Assembly: GCA_005773165.1 (NCBI GenBank)
Contig: SXHP01000142.1
Coordinates: 1-39,732, forward strand
Reading direction: 5' to 3'
Length of the DNA stretch: 39,732 nt
Source: Sphingomonadales bacterium
Lineage (GTDB): Bacteria > Pseudomonadota > Alphaproteobacteria > Sphingomonadales > Sphingomonadaceae
The translations under genes and the position numbers were made by a program. Numbering within the stretch: the stretch's first letter is position 1; every line of letters starts with the position of its first letter. This document shows, piece by piece, positions 26,883-37,099 of this stretch. Under the pieces are notes generated by a model. The model saw nothing but the letters and a program-made list of their open reading frames with translations, did not search any database and had not been told where the DNA came from.

Positions 26883-29800
26883 ATGCGCACATCCAAGTCC
26901 GTCCTGCGGTTGCTGCTGTCCGGCTCGGCGATCGCCACGCTCGCGGGCGGGACAGCATGGGCGCAGAACCCGCCGACCGGCGACCAGACCACGCCGCCCG
27001 CGGCGACGCCCACCGGAGCGGCGACGCCCGCGACCGGGGCCGGGGAAAGCGACGCGCCGACTTCGCGCGACATCCTGGTGACCGGATCGCGGATCCGCCA
27101 AGACCCGAACAGATCGGCGCTGCCGCTGCAGATCGTCACCACGGCCGATCTGTCGCGCGAAGGGATCAACAGCCCCGAGCAGCTCATCTCGTTCCTCAGC
27201 ACCAACGGCAACGGCGCGGACAACCTCGCTTCCAACGCCGACGTCACCAGCGGCGCGCAGCGCGGCACCAACGGGCTTTCGGCCGCGAACCTGCGTGGGC
27301 AGGGATCGGCGTCGACCCTGGTGCTGCTCAACGGTCGGCGGGTCGCGGCGCACGGGCTGCAGGGCGCGGCGGTGGACGTGAACCAGATCCCGTTCGCCGC
27401 GCTCGACCGGGTCGAGGTGCTGAAAGACGGCGCGTCGGCGATCTACGGCACCGACGCGATCGGCGGCGTGATCAACTTCATAACCAAGAAGAACTTCCAG
27501 GGGCTGTCGCTCAGCGGCTTCACCGACATCACCCAGCGCGGCGACAGCCCGATCTATCGGCTGTCCGCAACGGCCGGCTACGGCGATCTGGCGAGCCAGG
27601 GCTTCAACATCATGGGCGCGGTCAGCAAAAGCTGGAACGGCGACTTGTTCGGGGCAGAACGCGATTTCGTGAACACGAACCAGCCCAATCGCGGGCTGTC
27701 CGCCGACACGCGCGGCACGCCGATCGCGACCGCGTTTCCGATCAACCGGACCGCCGCGAACGTAGGCATCGCCCAGAACGGGACCCTGCTCGGCGATACG
27801 GCCCAGTGTTCGTCGGGAACCGCGCCGAACTGCACCGTGTTCAACCCCAACTTCCTTGCGAACCGCCCCGGCTTCTTCATTCCGGGCACCACCGTCCCTG
27901 CGACGGGCGGGATCAACGTGCTCGACCTACCCGGCGGCGCGGGATGCGACTCGGTGCCGCTCGGCTTCGCTTATGACGAACAGCTCTGGAACATTCCCGG
28001 AGCCCGCTTCGCCTGCGCCTACGACACGGGGCGCGTCGCGGTGCTGCAGCAGCCTTTGGAGACGCTGACCTATTACGGCCGCGGCACGGTGCGGTTCGGC
28101 AGCCATGAGTTGTTCGCCGAGGTGACCGGGTCCGACGCCGATTCGGCCAAGCGCTTCTCCGAGAACCAATACACCGCCAACAACGCCGCGCTGCCGATCG
28201 CCTATCCGCTCAACGCGCTCACCGCGGCGACATATAACGACGTCTACAACCGCATCGCCGCCGTCTTTCCGGGCATTGCAGTGAATTATGGGAAGCCGAT
28301 CAGCTTCCGCTATCGCTGCCTCGCCTGCGGCGTCCGCGAATACACCACCAGCACCAAGACGTTCCGCGGCGCAGTCGGGATCGAGGGGCCGCTGTTCGGC
28401 GGCTGGGACTATCGCGCGGGCGGGTCCTATGCGCGCAGCGAATCCTCGTCGCTGCTCGGCAGCGGCTATCATTTCCGCGGCGTGTTCCCCACCGCGGGCG
28501 CGGCGCTCGGTTCGGGTATCGCGGGAGCCACCGCCGCCGGGCAGGCGGACCCGCGTGCGCCGACCGCGCCCGGCGCGAGCGCTCCCGGCATCGTCGGGCT
28601 GTTCAACAGCGGCATCCTCAATCCCTTCTCCGTCACTCAGACCCCGCAGGCTCTGGCGGGGCTCGAAGCGGTGTCGGCGCGGGGAACGCGGCTTTACGGC
28701 GGCAAGTACGAAGTGACGCAGTTCGACGGATCGGTGTCGGGCCGACTGTTCGATCTGCCCGGAGGCGCGGTGCAGGCGGCTGTGGGCGTGGATTACCGCC
28801 GCGAGTCCTACAGCTTCGACGGCTCAACCGCGGCGACGATCGCGTCGCCCGACATCTTCAACGTCGCCTTCGACAACATCAACGCGCTCGCGGGGGTGCG
28901 CCGCACGGTCAAGGCGGCGTTCGGTGAAATCTCGTTCCCGATCTTCCAGCCGCTGGAGATCACGCTTGCGGGTCGGATCGACGACTATACCGGCTTCGGC
29001 ACCACGACCAATCCGAAGGTCACCGCCAAGTTCACCCCGGTCGATTGGCTGCTGGTCCGCGCATCGTACAACACCGGCTTCCGGGTGCCGACGTTCAACC
29101 AGATCTTCAACGGAACGACCGTGTCGCCCAATCCGGGCAATACGCGGGTCGATCCAACGACCTGCCCCGCCGGCGGCACGCCCAACGTCACGCCGGGCTG
29201 CGCGGTGATAACTCCGGACACGCTGAGCGGCGGCAATCTGACGCTCGAGCCCGAGACGTCGGAGCAGTATAGCGCGGGCGTGGTGTTCCAGCCGACGCCG
29301 CGGTTCAGCGCCTCCGTCGATTTCTGGAGCATCGCGGTCGACAACACGATCGGCGCGCTGACGATCGATCAGTTGCTGCAGAACATCACGTTCTTCCCGG
29401 ATCGGGTCGGACGCGAAAACGGCATCATCACGGGGCTTGATCTGCGGTCGGACAACATCGGCTCGCGGCGTACCCAGGGCCTGGAGATCATGCTGCGCGG
29501 CGGCGTCGACGCGTTCGGCGGGCAGCTCACCGCGGGACTCGACGGCACGCGGCTGCTCAAGAAGAAGGAAAAGCTGTTCCCGGCGGCGAATTATCGCGAC
29601 ATCATCGGCATATTCACCTTCGTCGGCGACATCGGGCTGAAGTGGAAGCACAATGCGTTCGTCACTTGGTCGAACGACGACTTCATCGTGACGCTGTCGC
29701 AGATCTTCCGCAGCAGCTATCGCAACTGTGCGCCGCCGGAATGCACGGTCGCGGCGCTGGCGCGGCCGGACTACAATCCCCGGGTCAAGTCGTACACGCT

Positions 29801-29993
29801 GTACAACATGTCGGCGGGCGTGCGGATACAGGAGGGCATGCAGCTGACCTTCGGCATCCGCAATCTGCTCGACCGCGACCCGCCGTTTGCGATCACCTAT
29901 GACTCGAACACAGGCGCGGGCAGCTCGTGGGAGCCGCGCGTCGCTGATCCGCGTGGGCGCTCGTTCACCGCGGCAGTGGAAGTGAAGTTCTGA
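26883..29993 (+). CDS. TonB-dependent receptor with Cys-rich loops
   Basis: SD AAGGGG, signal peptide ending [55 protein letters not shown]-terminal VKF. Confidence 0.95.
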   Translation: MRTSKSVLRLLLSGSAIATLAGGTAWAQNPPTGDQTTPPAATPTGAATPATGAGESDAPTSRDILVTGSRIRQDPNRSALPLQIVTTADLSREGINSPEQLISFLSTNGNGADNLASNADVTSGAQRGTNGLSAANLRGQGSASTLVLLNGRRVAAHGLQGAAVDVNQIPFAALDRVEVLKDGASAIYGTDAIGGVINFITKKNFQGLSLSGFTDITQRGDSPIYRLSATAGYGDLASQGFNIMGAVSKSWNGDLFGAERDFVNTNQPNRGLSADTRGTPIATAFPINRTAANVGIAQNGTLLGDTAQCSSGTAPNCTVFNPNFLANRPGFFIPGTTVPATGGINVLDLPGGAGCDSVPLGFAYDEQLWNIPGARFACAYDTGRVAVLQQPLETLTYYGRGTVRFGSHELFAEVTGSDADSAKRFSENQYTANNAALPIAYPLNALTAATYNDVYNRIAAVFPGIAVNYGKPISFRYRCLACGVREYTTSTKTFRGAVGIEGPLFGGWDYRAGGSYARSESSSLLGSGYHFRGVFPTAGAALGSGIAGATAAGQADPRAPTAPGASAPGIVGLFNSGILNPFSVTQTPQALAGLEAVSARGTRLYGGKYEVTQFDGSVSGRLFDLPGGAVQAAVGVDYRRESYSFDGSTAATIASPDIFNVAFDNINALAGVRRTVKAAFGEISFPIFQPLEITLAGRIDDYTGFGTTTNPKVTAKFTPVDWLLVRASYNTGFRVPTFNQIFNGTTVSPNPGNTRVDPTTCPAGGTPNVTPGCAVITPDTLSGGNLTLEPETSEQYSAGVVFQPTPRFSASVDFWSIAVDNTIGALTIDQLLQNITFFPDRVGRENGIITGLDLRSDNIGSRRTQGLEIMLRGGVDAFGGQLTAGLDGTRLLKKKEKLFPAANYRDIIGIFTFVGDIGLKWKHNAFVTWSNDDFIVTLSQIFRSSYRNCAPPECTVAALARPDYNPRVKSYTLYNMSAGVRIQEGMQLTFGIRNLLDRDPPFAITYDSNTGAGSSWEPRVADPRGRSFTAAVEVKF

Positions 29994-31117
29994 TCGCGCT
30001 CGCGCTGCTCGCGGCGGCGCAGCCCGTCGCGAGCGTGCGGGTCGGTTTCGACCGGCGCGGCGTGACGGCGATTGCGGCTGCGGGGTGGGCCGACGTCGCG
30101 GCCAAGCGCGTGGTGACCGCCGACGATCCGGTGCGGGTCGCGTCCATCTCCAAGCTGGTGGTCGCGATTGCGGTGCTGCGACTGGTCGAGCAGAAGCGGC
30201 TGGACCTGGACGAAGATGTGTCGCGGCTCCTCGGCTGGCGGTTGCGCAATCCGGCGTTCCCTGACGTGCCCATCACGCTCAGGCTGCTGCTGTCGCACCG
30301 AGCAAGCCTTGCCGACGGCATCGACTATGTGCTGCCGCTAGACGTGGGAATGCGTGAGGCGCTCGCCGACGCGCGGGCTTGGGACCCCGATCACGCGCCG
30401 GGCAGCTATTTCCGCTACGCGAACGTCGGCTATCCGGTGATCGCCAGCGTGATGGAGCGCGCGAGCGGCGAGCGGTTCGATCGACTGATGAAGCGGCTGG
30501 TGCTTGATCCGCTTAAGCTCGACGCTTGCTACAATTGGGCGACCTGCTCCGATGCGACGACGGCGCGCGCCGTGGTGCTCTATCGCGACGGCGCAGCGGT
30601 GCGCGATGATCACCGGGGCGGACGCCCAGCCTGCCCCGTTCAGCCCGCGCGTGACGGCGGCTGCGACCTGACGACGTGGGCGGCGGGACGGAACGGAGCC
30701 TCCTTCTCGCCGCAGGGCGGCTTGCGCATCTCGGCGCGCGGACTGGCCAAGATCGGCCGGTTGCTGCTCGGGCGCGGTGCGGTCGACGGGGTCCGACTGC
30801 TCACGCCACGCTCGGCCGCGCTATTGGAGCAGCCGCTCTGGCGATTCGATCGCGATAACGGCGAACCGGAGGGCGGTTTCTACTGCCGTTACGGCCTTGG
30901 CGTGACCTTCACGGCTACGGCGATTGGCGGTTGCCGCGACGATCCGGTGGGCGACGGGCGCACGCGGATCGGCCATGCGGGCGAAGCTTACGGCCTCCGC
31001 TCGGGGCTCTGGATCGATCGCGAACGCGGCACAGGCGTGGCGTTCTTCGCGACGGACGTGCCCGCCGAGCCGGGTCGTTCCGCCTTCACCGCAACCGAGG
31101 AGCGGCTCGCGCGCTGA
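29990..31117 (+). CDS. Secreted beta-lactamase-fold serine hydrolase (class C / D-peptidase-like)
   Basis: RVASISK (SxxK), LLSHRAS, YAN (YxN), [16 protein letters not shown]. The in-frame signal peptide begins at CTG 29990; the ORF track start is GTG 30035. Confidence 0.82.
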   Translation: MIALALLAAAQPVASVRVGFDRRGVTAIAAAGWADVAAKRVVTADDPVRVASISKLVVAIAVLRLVEQKRLDLDEDVSRLLGWRLRNPAFPDVPITLRLLLSHRASLADGIDYVLPLDVGMREALADARAWDPDHAPGSYFRYANVGYPVIASVMERASGERFDRLMKRLVLDPLKLDACYNWATCSDATTARAVVLYRDGAAVRDDHRGGRPACPVQPARDGGCDLTTWAAGRNGASFSPQGGLRISARGLAKIGRLLLGRGAVDGVRLLTPRSAALLEQPLWRFDRDNGEPEGGFYCRYGLGVTFTATAIGGCRDDPVGDGRTRIGHAGEAYGLRSGLWIDRERGTGVAFFATDVPAEPGRSAFTATEERLAR

Positions 31118-31971
31118 TCCGCAAGCTGCTCGGCGGCGACCCGCTGGAGCGCGATCGCGACCGCGGGCGCAATGCCGAGGTCGTCGGCAGCCCGCTCCTG
31201 CCCGCCCAGCGTGCGCGGATCGACCCCCGTCACCTTGCCGAAGACGACCAGTGCCTCAAGGTATGCGCCGTGAACGCTGGCGTGATACTGATCGTGGGTC
31301 CACAGATCGATCTGGCCGAAAGCGATGCCGTCATAGGGGTTCGAATCCGCGACGCGCTGCGCAATGGCGCGGCTCCATGCTTCGCCGACCGGGATGACCC
31401 CGTCGATCTCCGGCGAGGCCGCGTCGATCGCCCGCGCGGCGGCCGCAAGATCGTTCGCCATTGCGGTGACGAGCTTGCCTGACCATGGGCTCCCGGGACG
31501 ATAGGTGAGGTCGGCGCGGCTCCAGGTCGCCATCAGCTGAACCTGGACGGCCGGGTTCGCGCGACTGAACATCTGCGCCAGGCGGACCGCGTCGCGCGTA
31601 TAGGCGCTCGCATCCCCGGGGCGATCGGCGTCAAGCGTGCTGTACTCCTGAAGCACGACGACGTCCCAGGCGCGGTCGAACAACCCGCGGCGCTGATCGT
31701 AGTGGAAGCCGAGTGACTGTCCGCCCTGCGTGGCGTGGCTGACCGCATAGGCGAGCTTCGCCTGCTCGGCGAACACCTTGAAGAGGGCCGGGACGCCGCC
31801 CTGACCGCTTCGTGTAAGGTCGGTGACCGTGTCGGGGCGGTAGCGGCGAATGGCCGACAGCGCCCCTTGCGTGAAGCTGTTGCCGACGAACAGGATGGTG
31901 CGAGGACGCGCCGTCTGCGCCGCGGCGGGCAGCGACGGGACGCAGAGGAGCAAAGCCAGGAGGAAACGCAT
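30988..31971 (-). CDS. Secreted SGNH/GDSL-like hydrolase (DUF4886-like)
   Basis: Signal peptide [19 protein letters not shown], block [27 protein letters not shown], block V DQYH (DxxH). Confidence 0.75.
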   Translation of the reverse strand: MRFLLALLLCVPSLPAAAQTARPRTILFVGNSFTQGALSAIRRYRPDTVTDLTRSGQGGVPALFKVFAEQAKLAYAVSHATQGGQSLGFHYDQRRGLFDRAWDVVVLQEYSTLDADRPGDASAYTRDAVRLAQMFSRANPAVQVQLMATWSRADLTYRPGSPWSGKLVTAMANDLAAAARAIDAASPEIDGVIPVGEAWSRAIAQRVADSNPYDGIAFGQIDLWTHDQYHASVHGAYLEALVVFGKVTGVDPRTLGGQERAADDLGIAPAVAIALQRVAAEQLADQRASRSSVAVKAERPGSAGTSVAKNATPVPRSRSIQSPERRP

Positions 31972-31996
31972 CGCGCGGCCTTGTTGCCCAGGCAGA

Positions 31997-32481
31997 TCAA
32001 AGGTCAAGTCGGAAGGGGCTTGCCGCGGCGGCGAAGTCGAAGACGCGCTCTGCCGTCACGGGCCCGGCGACCGCGCCCGCGGCGTCCAGTGCTGACGGAC
32101 GAGGCACCGGGAGCGTTCGGCAGCGTGGCCGGCAGGGCGACATCGACCAGCCGTCGCATGCGAAGCAATCGCCGGAGCAGGCGTCGTGCGGCGTAACGCA
32201 GGTCCACGCGCGCTTTCGGTGTTCCAAGCCGCCGTCGTGACCGGATGCGTCTTCGCGCGACAGGGTTGTGCGGTCGGGCCGGTGAAATCACGCGTGCGCG
32301 AGCGTGACGTTTTGCGCGCAGCCTTCGGTTGCCGCCCAGGCCTCCGCCCCGCAACCGTCGCGAATGCGGCGTTCGAAGCCGCTGACGATGGGGTCGACTG
32401 CGATGCCCGCGCACGCGTCAGCCGATCGCGAACTTGCCGCGAACGGTGCGCCTCGCCGGGCAGTCGCTCTGCATACCCCAC
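31997..32481 (-). pseudogene. Possible degraded coding remnant of unknown family
   Basis: SD-like GGAGAGG upstream. Protein-like high-GC3 patches (GIAVDPIVSGFERRIRDG; AGAVAGPVTAERVFDFAAA) are separated by a stop codon and apparent frame changes. Confidence 0.25.
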
Positions 32482-32568
32482 CCTCTCCGTCAGGGATCGG
32501 AACGCAACTGGCGACTCTTGTTATGGCGACAGCCTATCAGGCGACCGCCTGGCACGCAACGGAGCGGC

Positions 32569-32594
32569 GGCCGGGCGCGCAGCGTCGCCCGGCC
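32569..32594 (-). terminator. GC stem-loop after the SDR stop
   Basis: GGCCGGGCG...CGCCCGGCC inverted repeat about 10 nt after the stop, without a U-tract. Confidence 0.4.
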
Positions 32595-32603
32595 CTGCTC
32601 TCC

Positions 32604-33389
32604 TTATTCCTCGGCGGAACCCGGCTCCGCCATCTTTCGATGCTGCGCGGCGAGCACGGCGTTCGGGGTGATGTTCGCGCTTGCGACCTGAAGCTTGTTC
32701 TTCCAGCCCGAGACGATGGACGCCTTGCCGCTCATCACCGCGTCCCAACCGTCCTTGGCGACATCGGCCGGATCGCTCTTCTTGGGGTCCGTGCCGACCG
32801 AGGTGTCCATCATGTCGGCGCGGTCGAAGAACTCGGTCTCGACCGGACCCGGCATCAGGTTCGTCAGCGTGACGCCGTCGGCATCCTTGATCTCGTTCTG
32901 GATGGCGGCGACGAAGCTGTCCACGAACGCCTTGGTGCCGTTGTACACCGCGTGGAACGCCCCGGGAATGTAGCCGGCGATCGACCCGGTGACGAGCACC
33001 TTGCCGTCGTTACGCGCGACCATCTGCTTGAGAACCTTCTGAAGCAGGTACACGGTTCCCGTGACGTTCGTGTCGATGACGTGACGCCAATCCTTCGGCT
33101 CCTGGTCGAGGAACGCGTGGCCGAGCCCATGACCCGCATTGGCGCAAAGCAGGTCGATCTGGCGACCTTCGGCCGCGTCAAGCAGCCGGTCGACACCGTC
33201 GAATGTCGACAGGTCGGCCTGGACCGATCGGACGTCGGTGCCGAACTGCTTGAAATCGGCCGCCGCGGCGTCGATCAGCGGCTCGTCGGCGACGACAAGA
33301 ATATCGTAGCCGTCCTTCGCCGCAAGCGTGGCGAGCTCGAAGCCGATTCCGGTCGAAGCGCCGGTGATGATCGCGAATTTGTCCGCCAT
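32604..33389 (-). CDS. Short-chain dehydrogenase/reductase
   Basis: TGASTGIG, NAG, GS, YNGTK (YxxxK), PGPVET. SD AGGAG. Confidence 0.93.
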   Translation of the reverse strand: MADKFAIITGASTGIGFELATLAAKDGYDILVVADEPLIDAAAADFKQFGTDVRSVQADLSTFDGVDRLLDAAEGRQIDLLCANAGHGLGHAFLDQEPKDWRHVIDTNVTGTVYLLQKVLKQMVARNDGKVLVTGSIAGYIPGAFHAVYNGTKAFVDSFVAAIQNEIKDADGVTLTNLMPGPVETEFFDRADMMDTSVGTDPKKSDPADVAKDGWDAVMSGKASIVSGWKNKLQVASANITPNAVLAAQHRKMAEPGSAEE

Positions 33390-33485
33390 GATGTTTCTCC
33401 TGCTAATTGGGCCCGCTGCGGCGAAGCCGCGTCGTCGGTCCTCGGCCGAGCCGAGGCCGGCCGGCCTTCACGGTCTCGACGCCAA

Positions 33486-34679
33486 CTACGCTGCCGCCGT
33501 GCCGCTCATGCCCGGCTTCAATACGATTTTGGTGTATTCGTTCTGGTTGTCGTGGAACTGCTTGTAGCCCTCGGGTGCCTGCTCCAGATCCATGCGATGC
33601 GAGATCAGGAAGGTCGTGTCGATCTTGCCTTCCATGATCGCGTTGAGGAGTCCCGGCATATAATGCTGGACGTGGGTCTGCCCGGTTTTGAGGGTCAGCC
33701 CCTTCTCCATGAACGCACCCAAGGGGAACTTGTCGACAAAGCCGCCGTAGACCGCGGGCATCGAGACGCGGCCGCCCTTGCGACAGGCGATGATCGCCTG
33801 GCGGATCGAGTGGATGCGGTCGGTGCCCAGGAAGGTGGACGCCTTGATCTGATCGATCACGTTGTCGACGAAGAAGCCGTGCGCCTCCAGGCCCACCGCG
33901 TCGATCACCGCATCGGGTCCGATGCCGCCGGTCAGCAGCATCAGCGCCTCATAGGTGTCGGTCTCCTCGAAGTTGATCGTCTCCGCGCCGAACTGCTTGG
34001 CGAGCGCCAGACGCTTGGGGAAGTGGTCGATCGCGATCACGCGCTCGGCCCCCATCAGGAACGCCGACTGGACCGCGAACAGGCCGACCGGGCCGCAGCC
34101 CCAGACCGCGACGGTGTCGCCGGGTTCGATCTGCGCATATTCCGCCGCCTGCCAGCCGGTGGGCAGGATGTCGGAGAGGAACAGGACCTTGTCGTCCTCG
34201 ACCCCGTCGGGGATGACGATCGGGCCGACGTCGCTGACCGGCACGCGGACATATTCCGCCTGACCGCCCGCATAGCCGCCGGTCATGTGGCTGTAGCCGA
34301 ACAATCCGCTCATCGGCATGCCGTAAGCGGCCTGCGCGATGTCCTGATTGTCGGCGGGCAAGCCGTTGTCGCACGCGGAATATTGGTGCTTGCCGCAATG
34401 GAAGCAGCTTCCGCACGAGATGGTGAAGGGAACGACGACGCGCTGCCCCTTCTTCAGCGTCGACTTCGCGCCGACCTCGACGACCTCGCCCATGAATTCG
34501 TGGCCGAGAATGTCGCCCGCCTGCATCGACGGTATGTAGTGATCGTAGAGGTGGAGATCCGACCCGCAGATCGCGGTCGAAGTGACCTTGATGATGCAAT
34601 CGCGAGGATTGATGATCTCCGGATCATCGACGGTGTCGACGCGGACGTCGTGCTTGCCGTGCCAGGTGAGCGCGCGCAT
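33486..34679 (-). CDS. Zn-dependent alcohol/formaldehyde dehydrogenase-like (MDR family)
   Basis: ICGSDLH, GHEFMG, CGSCFHC-x7-C structural Zn site, [15 protein letters not shown]. Confidence 0.93.
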   Translation of the reverse strand: MRALTWHGKHDVRVDTVDDPEIINPRDCIIKVTSTAICGSDLHLYDHYIPSMQAGDILGHEFMGEVVEVGAKSTLKKGQRVVVPFTISCGSCFHCGKHQYSACDNGLPADNQDIAQAAYGMPMSGLFGYSHMTGGYAGGQAEYVRVPVSDVGPIVIPDGVEDDKVLFLSDILPTGWQAAEYAQIEPGDTVAVWGCGPVGLFAVQSAFLMGAERVIAIDHFPKRLALAKQFGAETINFEETDTYEALMLLTGGIGPDAVIDAVGLEAHGFFVDNVIDQIKASTFLGTDRIHSIRQAIIACRKGGRVSMPAVYGGFVDKFPLGAFMEKGLTLKTGQTHVQHYMPGLLNAIMEGKIDTTFLISHRMDLEQAPEGYKQFHDNQNEYTKIVLKPGMSGTAAA

Positions 34680-35224
34680 CAGGCGACTTCCTTCTCGTGT
34701 TGAGCTTTGGTCCAGCTGGAGGTCGCGACCTCGCCGGTCTCCAGCAATTGCTTCAGGCGGCGCAGGTCGCGGCGGGACTGGATCGCGGGCTCGCGCTGGA
34801 ACATCTTGGCGATCAGCTTGCCGACGATGCCCGCGGGCGGATCATAGTCGATGATGGCGGTGATGACGGTGCCGCGCGCGCCCGCATCCCGGAACTCGAC
34901 GCGACCGCGGTTGGGCACGTCGGCGCCCTCTTCGGAAGTCCAAGCGATGAGACGGCCGGGCTGGTCCTCGGTCACCCGCGCGTCCCATTCGACCGTCTCT
35001 CCCGCCGGAGCCTTGACGACCCAGTGCGAGCGGGTGTGGTCGAGAATGTCGATCCGGACGATGTTGTCCATGAAGCTTGGCAGGTTCGCGAAGTCGCGGA
35101 AGTAAGCATATACCTCCGCCGCGGGCTTGTTGATGGTGACGGCGCGGGCGACCCCCTTGCCGTCTTCGCCGCCATGCTTGGACGTCGTCGGCGGCGCGTC
35201 GTCGGTCTGGACCTTGTCGGTCAT
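34679..35224 (-). CDS. SRPBCC (polyketide cyclase/dehydrase-like) protein
   Basis: [52 protein letters not shown] overlap with the ADH gene. Confidence 0.9.
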   Translation of the reverse strand: MTDKVQTDDAPPTTSKHGGEDGKGVARAVTINKPAAEVYAYFRDFANLPSFMDNIVRIDILDHTRSHWVVKAPAGETVEWDARVTEDQPGRLIAWTSEEGADVPNRGRVEFRDAGARGTVITAIIDYDPPAGIVGKLIAKMFQREPAIQSRRDLRRLKQLLETGEVATSSWTKAQHEKEVA

Positions 35225-35251
35225 GGAGCTACTCCGTTGATCGGGAGGCCT

Positions 35252-35278
35252 AACCGCGCGGGACGGCCCGCCGGTTCC
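35252..35278 (-). promoter_or_regulatory. Possible EcfG/SigT general-stress promoter for SRPBCC-ADH-SDR
   Basis: GGAAC-N18-GGTT on the minus strand. The spacer is 1 nt longer than the usual GGAAC-N16/17-CGTT. Confidence 0.45.
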
Positions 35279-35289
35279 CCGTCCATGCA

Positions 35290-35322
35290 GAAATGCCGCG
35301 GCTCGGTCTCCCCAACCGCGGC
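35290..35322 (-). terminator. Stem-loop after the DUF4142 gene
   Basis: GCCGCGG...CCGCGGC stem followed by ATTTC on the minus strand. Confidence 0.5.
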
Positions 35323-35329
35323 GGTCCGC

Positions 35330-35812
35330 TCACATCGTCTTGAGCATCGCGATATGGCTCTTCACCACCGGCACGATCTTCGCCGCCGCCGCCTTGAGCG
35401 GAGCCGCGGTGCCCTCCTTCGCATAGGCCTCCTGCACTGCCAGAGCCTGGCCGTGCGACTGGCGCTGCTGCGCGATATACGCCTGGTCCCGTGCGACCCC
35501 GGTTTCCTGGCGAAGCTGCGCGACCATCTCGTTCTGCGCGGGCGTGAGCATCGGCGGCGCGACGCGGACCCGCGCGCGAGCCGCAGCCGCCTTCACATCG
35601 GCGGTGCTCTTGGTGTGATGACGGATCATCATCTGCGCGAACTGGCGAACCTTGGGATCGCCGGTCGATTCAAGCACCGTGCGGCTGGACGTGATCTCGT
35701 ACAGATCGCTTGCGCCAGACGTCATCACATATTCGCTCGGGCTCATCACCTGCGCGTAAGCGGGAGCCGAGATCGCGGTCGCAGCCAGCGCGAACAGCAT
35801 GGTCATCTTCAT
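35330..35812 (-). CDS. DUF4142 domain secreted protein
   Basis: Signal peptide, SDLYEITSS, VRQFAQMMIRHH, DQAYIAQQ, PVVKSHIAM. SD GGAG. Confidence 0.88.
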   Translation of the reverse strand: MKMTMLFALAATAISAPAYAQVMSPSEYVMTSGASDLYEITSSRTVLESTGDPKVRQFAQMMIRHHTKSTADVKAAAARARVRVAPPMLTPAQNEMVAQLRQETGVARDQAYIAQQRQSHGQALAVQEAYAKEGTAAPLKAAAAKIVPVVKSHIAMLKTM

Positions 35813-35840
35813 GGGTTTTCTCCGATCGTAAGGAAGCGGT

Positions 35841-36929
35841 TCACATGCCGAATGCGGTTTTGAGGCGGGTCACGGCGTAGTTGTTCGCGTCATAGGCGCC
35901 GCGGACGACCTTCCCCATGCCGAAGAACTCGTGCGTCACGCCGTCGAAGGTGCGCTGCTCCACGCGAACGCCCGCCGAGCGCATCGCCTGCGCCAGCGTC
36001 TCGCCGTCCGAGCGCAACGGGTCGATCTGCGCATTGACGATCGTCGTCGGCGGCAGCCCGCGCAGGTTCGCGCGCACCAGATTGACGCGGGGGTCCATCT
36101 GATCGGCCTTGGTCCGCGAATAATAATAACCGAACCAATCGAGCATCGCGGCATTGAGCGGCTTGGCGTTCGCCGAATCCATCTTGGACGGCAGCATCTT
36201 GTCGCTGTTGGCGATCGGATAAACCGACAGGATGTGGACCGGCGCGGTCAGTCGATTGTCGCGCGCGTGGATCGCGGTGGCGACCGCCAGATTGCCGCCC
36301 GCGCTCTCGCCCGCCAAGGCGATCTTGGCCGGGTCGGCGCCCCAGCTCGCCGCGTTGCGCAACACCCAGCGGTAGGCGGCCGACGCATCGTCGTGTTGCG
36401 CGGGGAACTTCGCCTCGGGCGCGTGGCGGTACTCGACCGACACGACGATGGCGTTCAGCTGCTTGGACAGCATGCGCGGCGTCGGGTCATAGACGTTGAC
36501 GTCCGCGATGACCCAGCCGCCGCCGTGATAATATACGATCACGGGCAGCGGCGCGCCGCCTGCGGCCGCGAGCGGCTTGTAGATGCGCGCATATTGCATC
36601 GGGTGCGCGCCATAGGCGAGGTCCTGAGTCGCGACCGCAGGGTCCGGCGCGGTCGACATGCCCTGCTTGCGCATCAGCGCCTTGGCGGCGTCGGCCGCGG
36701 ACGGCTGGATGCGCGCCTTGACCGGCGACAGCGTCTCGATCGGCTTGGGCGCAAGCGCCGCATGCGCATCGAGCACCGCCTGCATGTCGGCGGCGGGCTG
36801 CGGCGGCATCGTCGCCGCGGGCGGCGGCGGGGGCGGCGGGGGCGCGTTGGGGGACATGGGCGATTGCGCCAGAGCGGCCGCCGAGACCGTCAGCAACAGG
36901 CCTGCGCCCGCCAGAAATTTGATCTTCAT
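35841..36929 (-). CDS. Secreted HSL-family (GDXG) esterase/lipase with poly-Pro linker
   Basis: Signal peptide, PPPPPPPP, HGGGW, GESAGG, DPLRSDG, THEFFG. Start at ATG 36929. Confidence 0.9.
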   Translation of the reverse strand: MKIKFLAGAGLLLTVSAAALAQSPMSPNAPPPPPPPPAATMPPQPAADMQAVLDAHAALAPKPIETLSPVKARIQPSAADAAKALMRKQGMSTAPDPAVATQDLAYGAHPMQYARIYKPLAAAGGAPLPVIVYYHGGGWVIADVNVYDPTPRMLSKQLNAIVVSVEYRHAPEAKFPAQHDDASAAYRWVLRNAASWGADPAKIALAGESAGGNLAVATAIHARDNRLTAPVHILSVYPIANSDKMLPSKMDSANAKPLNAAMLDWFGYYYSRTKADQMDPRVNLVRANLRGLPPTTIVNAQIDPLRSDGETLAQAMRSAGVRVEQRTFDGVTHEFFGMGKVVRGAYDANNYAVTRLKTAFGM

Positions 36930-36970
36930 CCGTGTCTTGTCCCTGTCCTGCCCACCGCTCACGAGTGTCC

Positions 36971-36995
36971 AACAAGGTGCGGTTGCACGGGTTCC
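36971..36995 (-). promoter_or_regulatory. EcfG/SigT-type general stress promoter
   Basis: GGAAC-N17-GTT on the minus strand, about 40 nt upstream of the esterase ATG. Confidence 0.65.
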
Positions 36996-37099
36996 GCCGC
37001 TCGCGGCGCAGTTAATCTAAGTGAACGGAAAATGTACGGCGGCGGCGGGAGTGGTCGCCCGTTGCGCTGAAGAGGCAACTTGTGGAACACACGGGAACG

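Noticed and set aside
25263-27331. Long N-terminal extensions of the serine hydrolase (to 26492), AmpG (to 27331) and TBDR (from 26718)
   Set aside because: They overlap neighbouring real genes. Family homology starts at 25262, 26758 and 26883.
22865-31117. Reading the SxxK enzymes plus AmpG as a beta-lactam resistance island
   Set aside because: No AmpR and no class A, C or D beta-lactamase signature set. The context (D-Glu catabolism, TBDR) fits nutrient scavenging better. Minor lactamase activity is not excluded.
32004-32414. Very Arg-rich 136-aa ORF (protamine-like?)
   Set aside because: Arg richness is expected in non-coding frames of GC-rich DNA, and there is no SD at its start. Kept only as part of a possible pseudogene.
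32304-35863. 799-aa and 388-aa plus-strand ORFs
   Set aside because: Antisense shadows of SDR, ADH, SRPBCC and DUF4142.
36817-36845. GGC/GGG-rich tandem tract
   Set aside because: Encodes the poly-Pro linker of the esterase. It is not a separate repeat or contingency locus.
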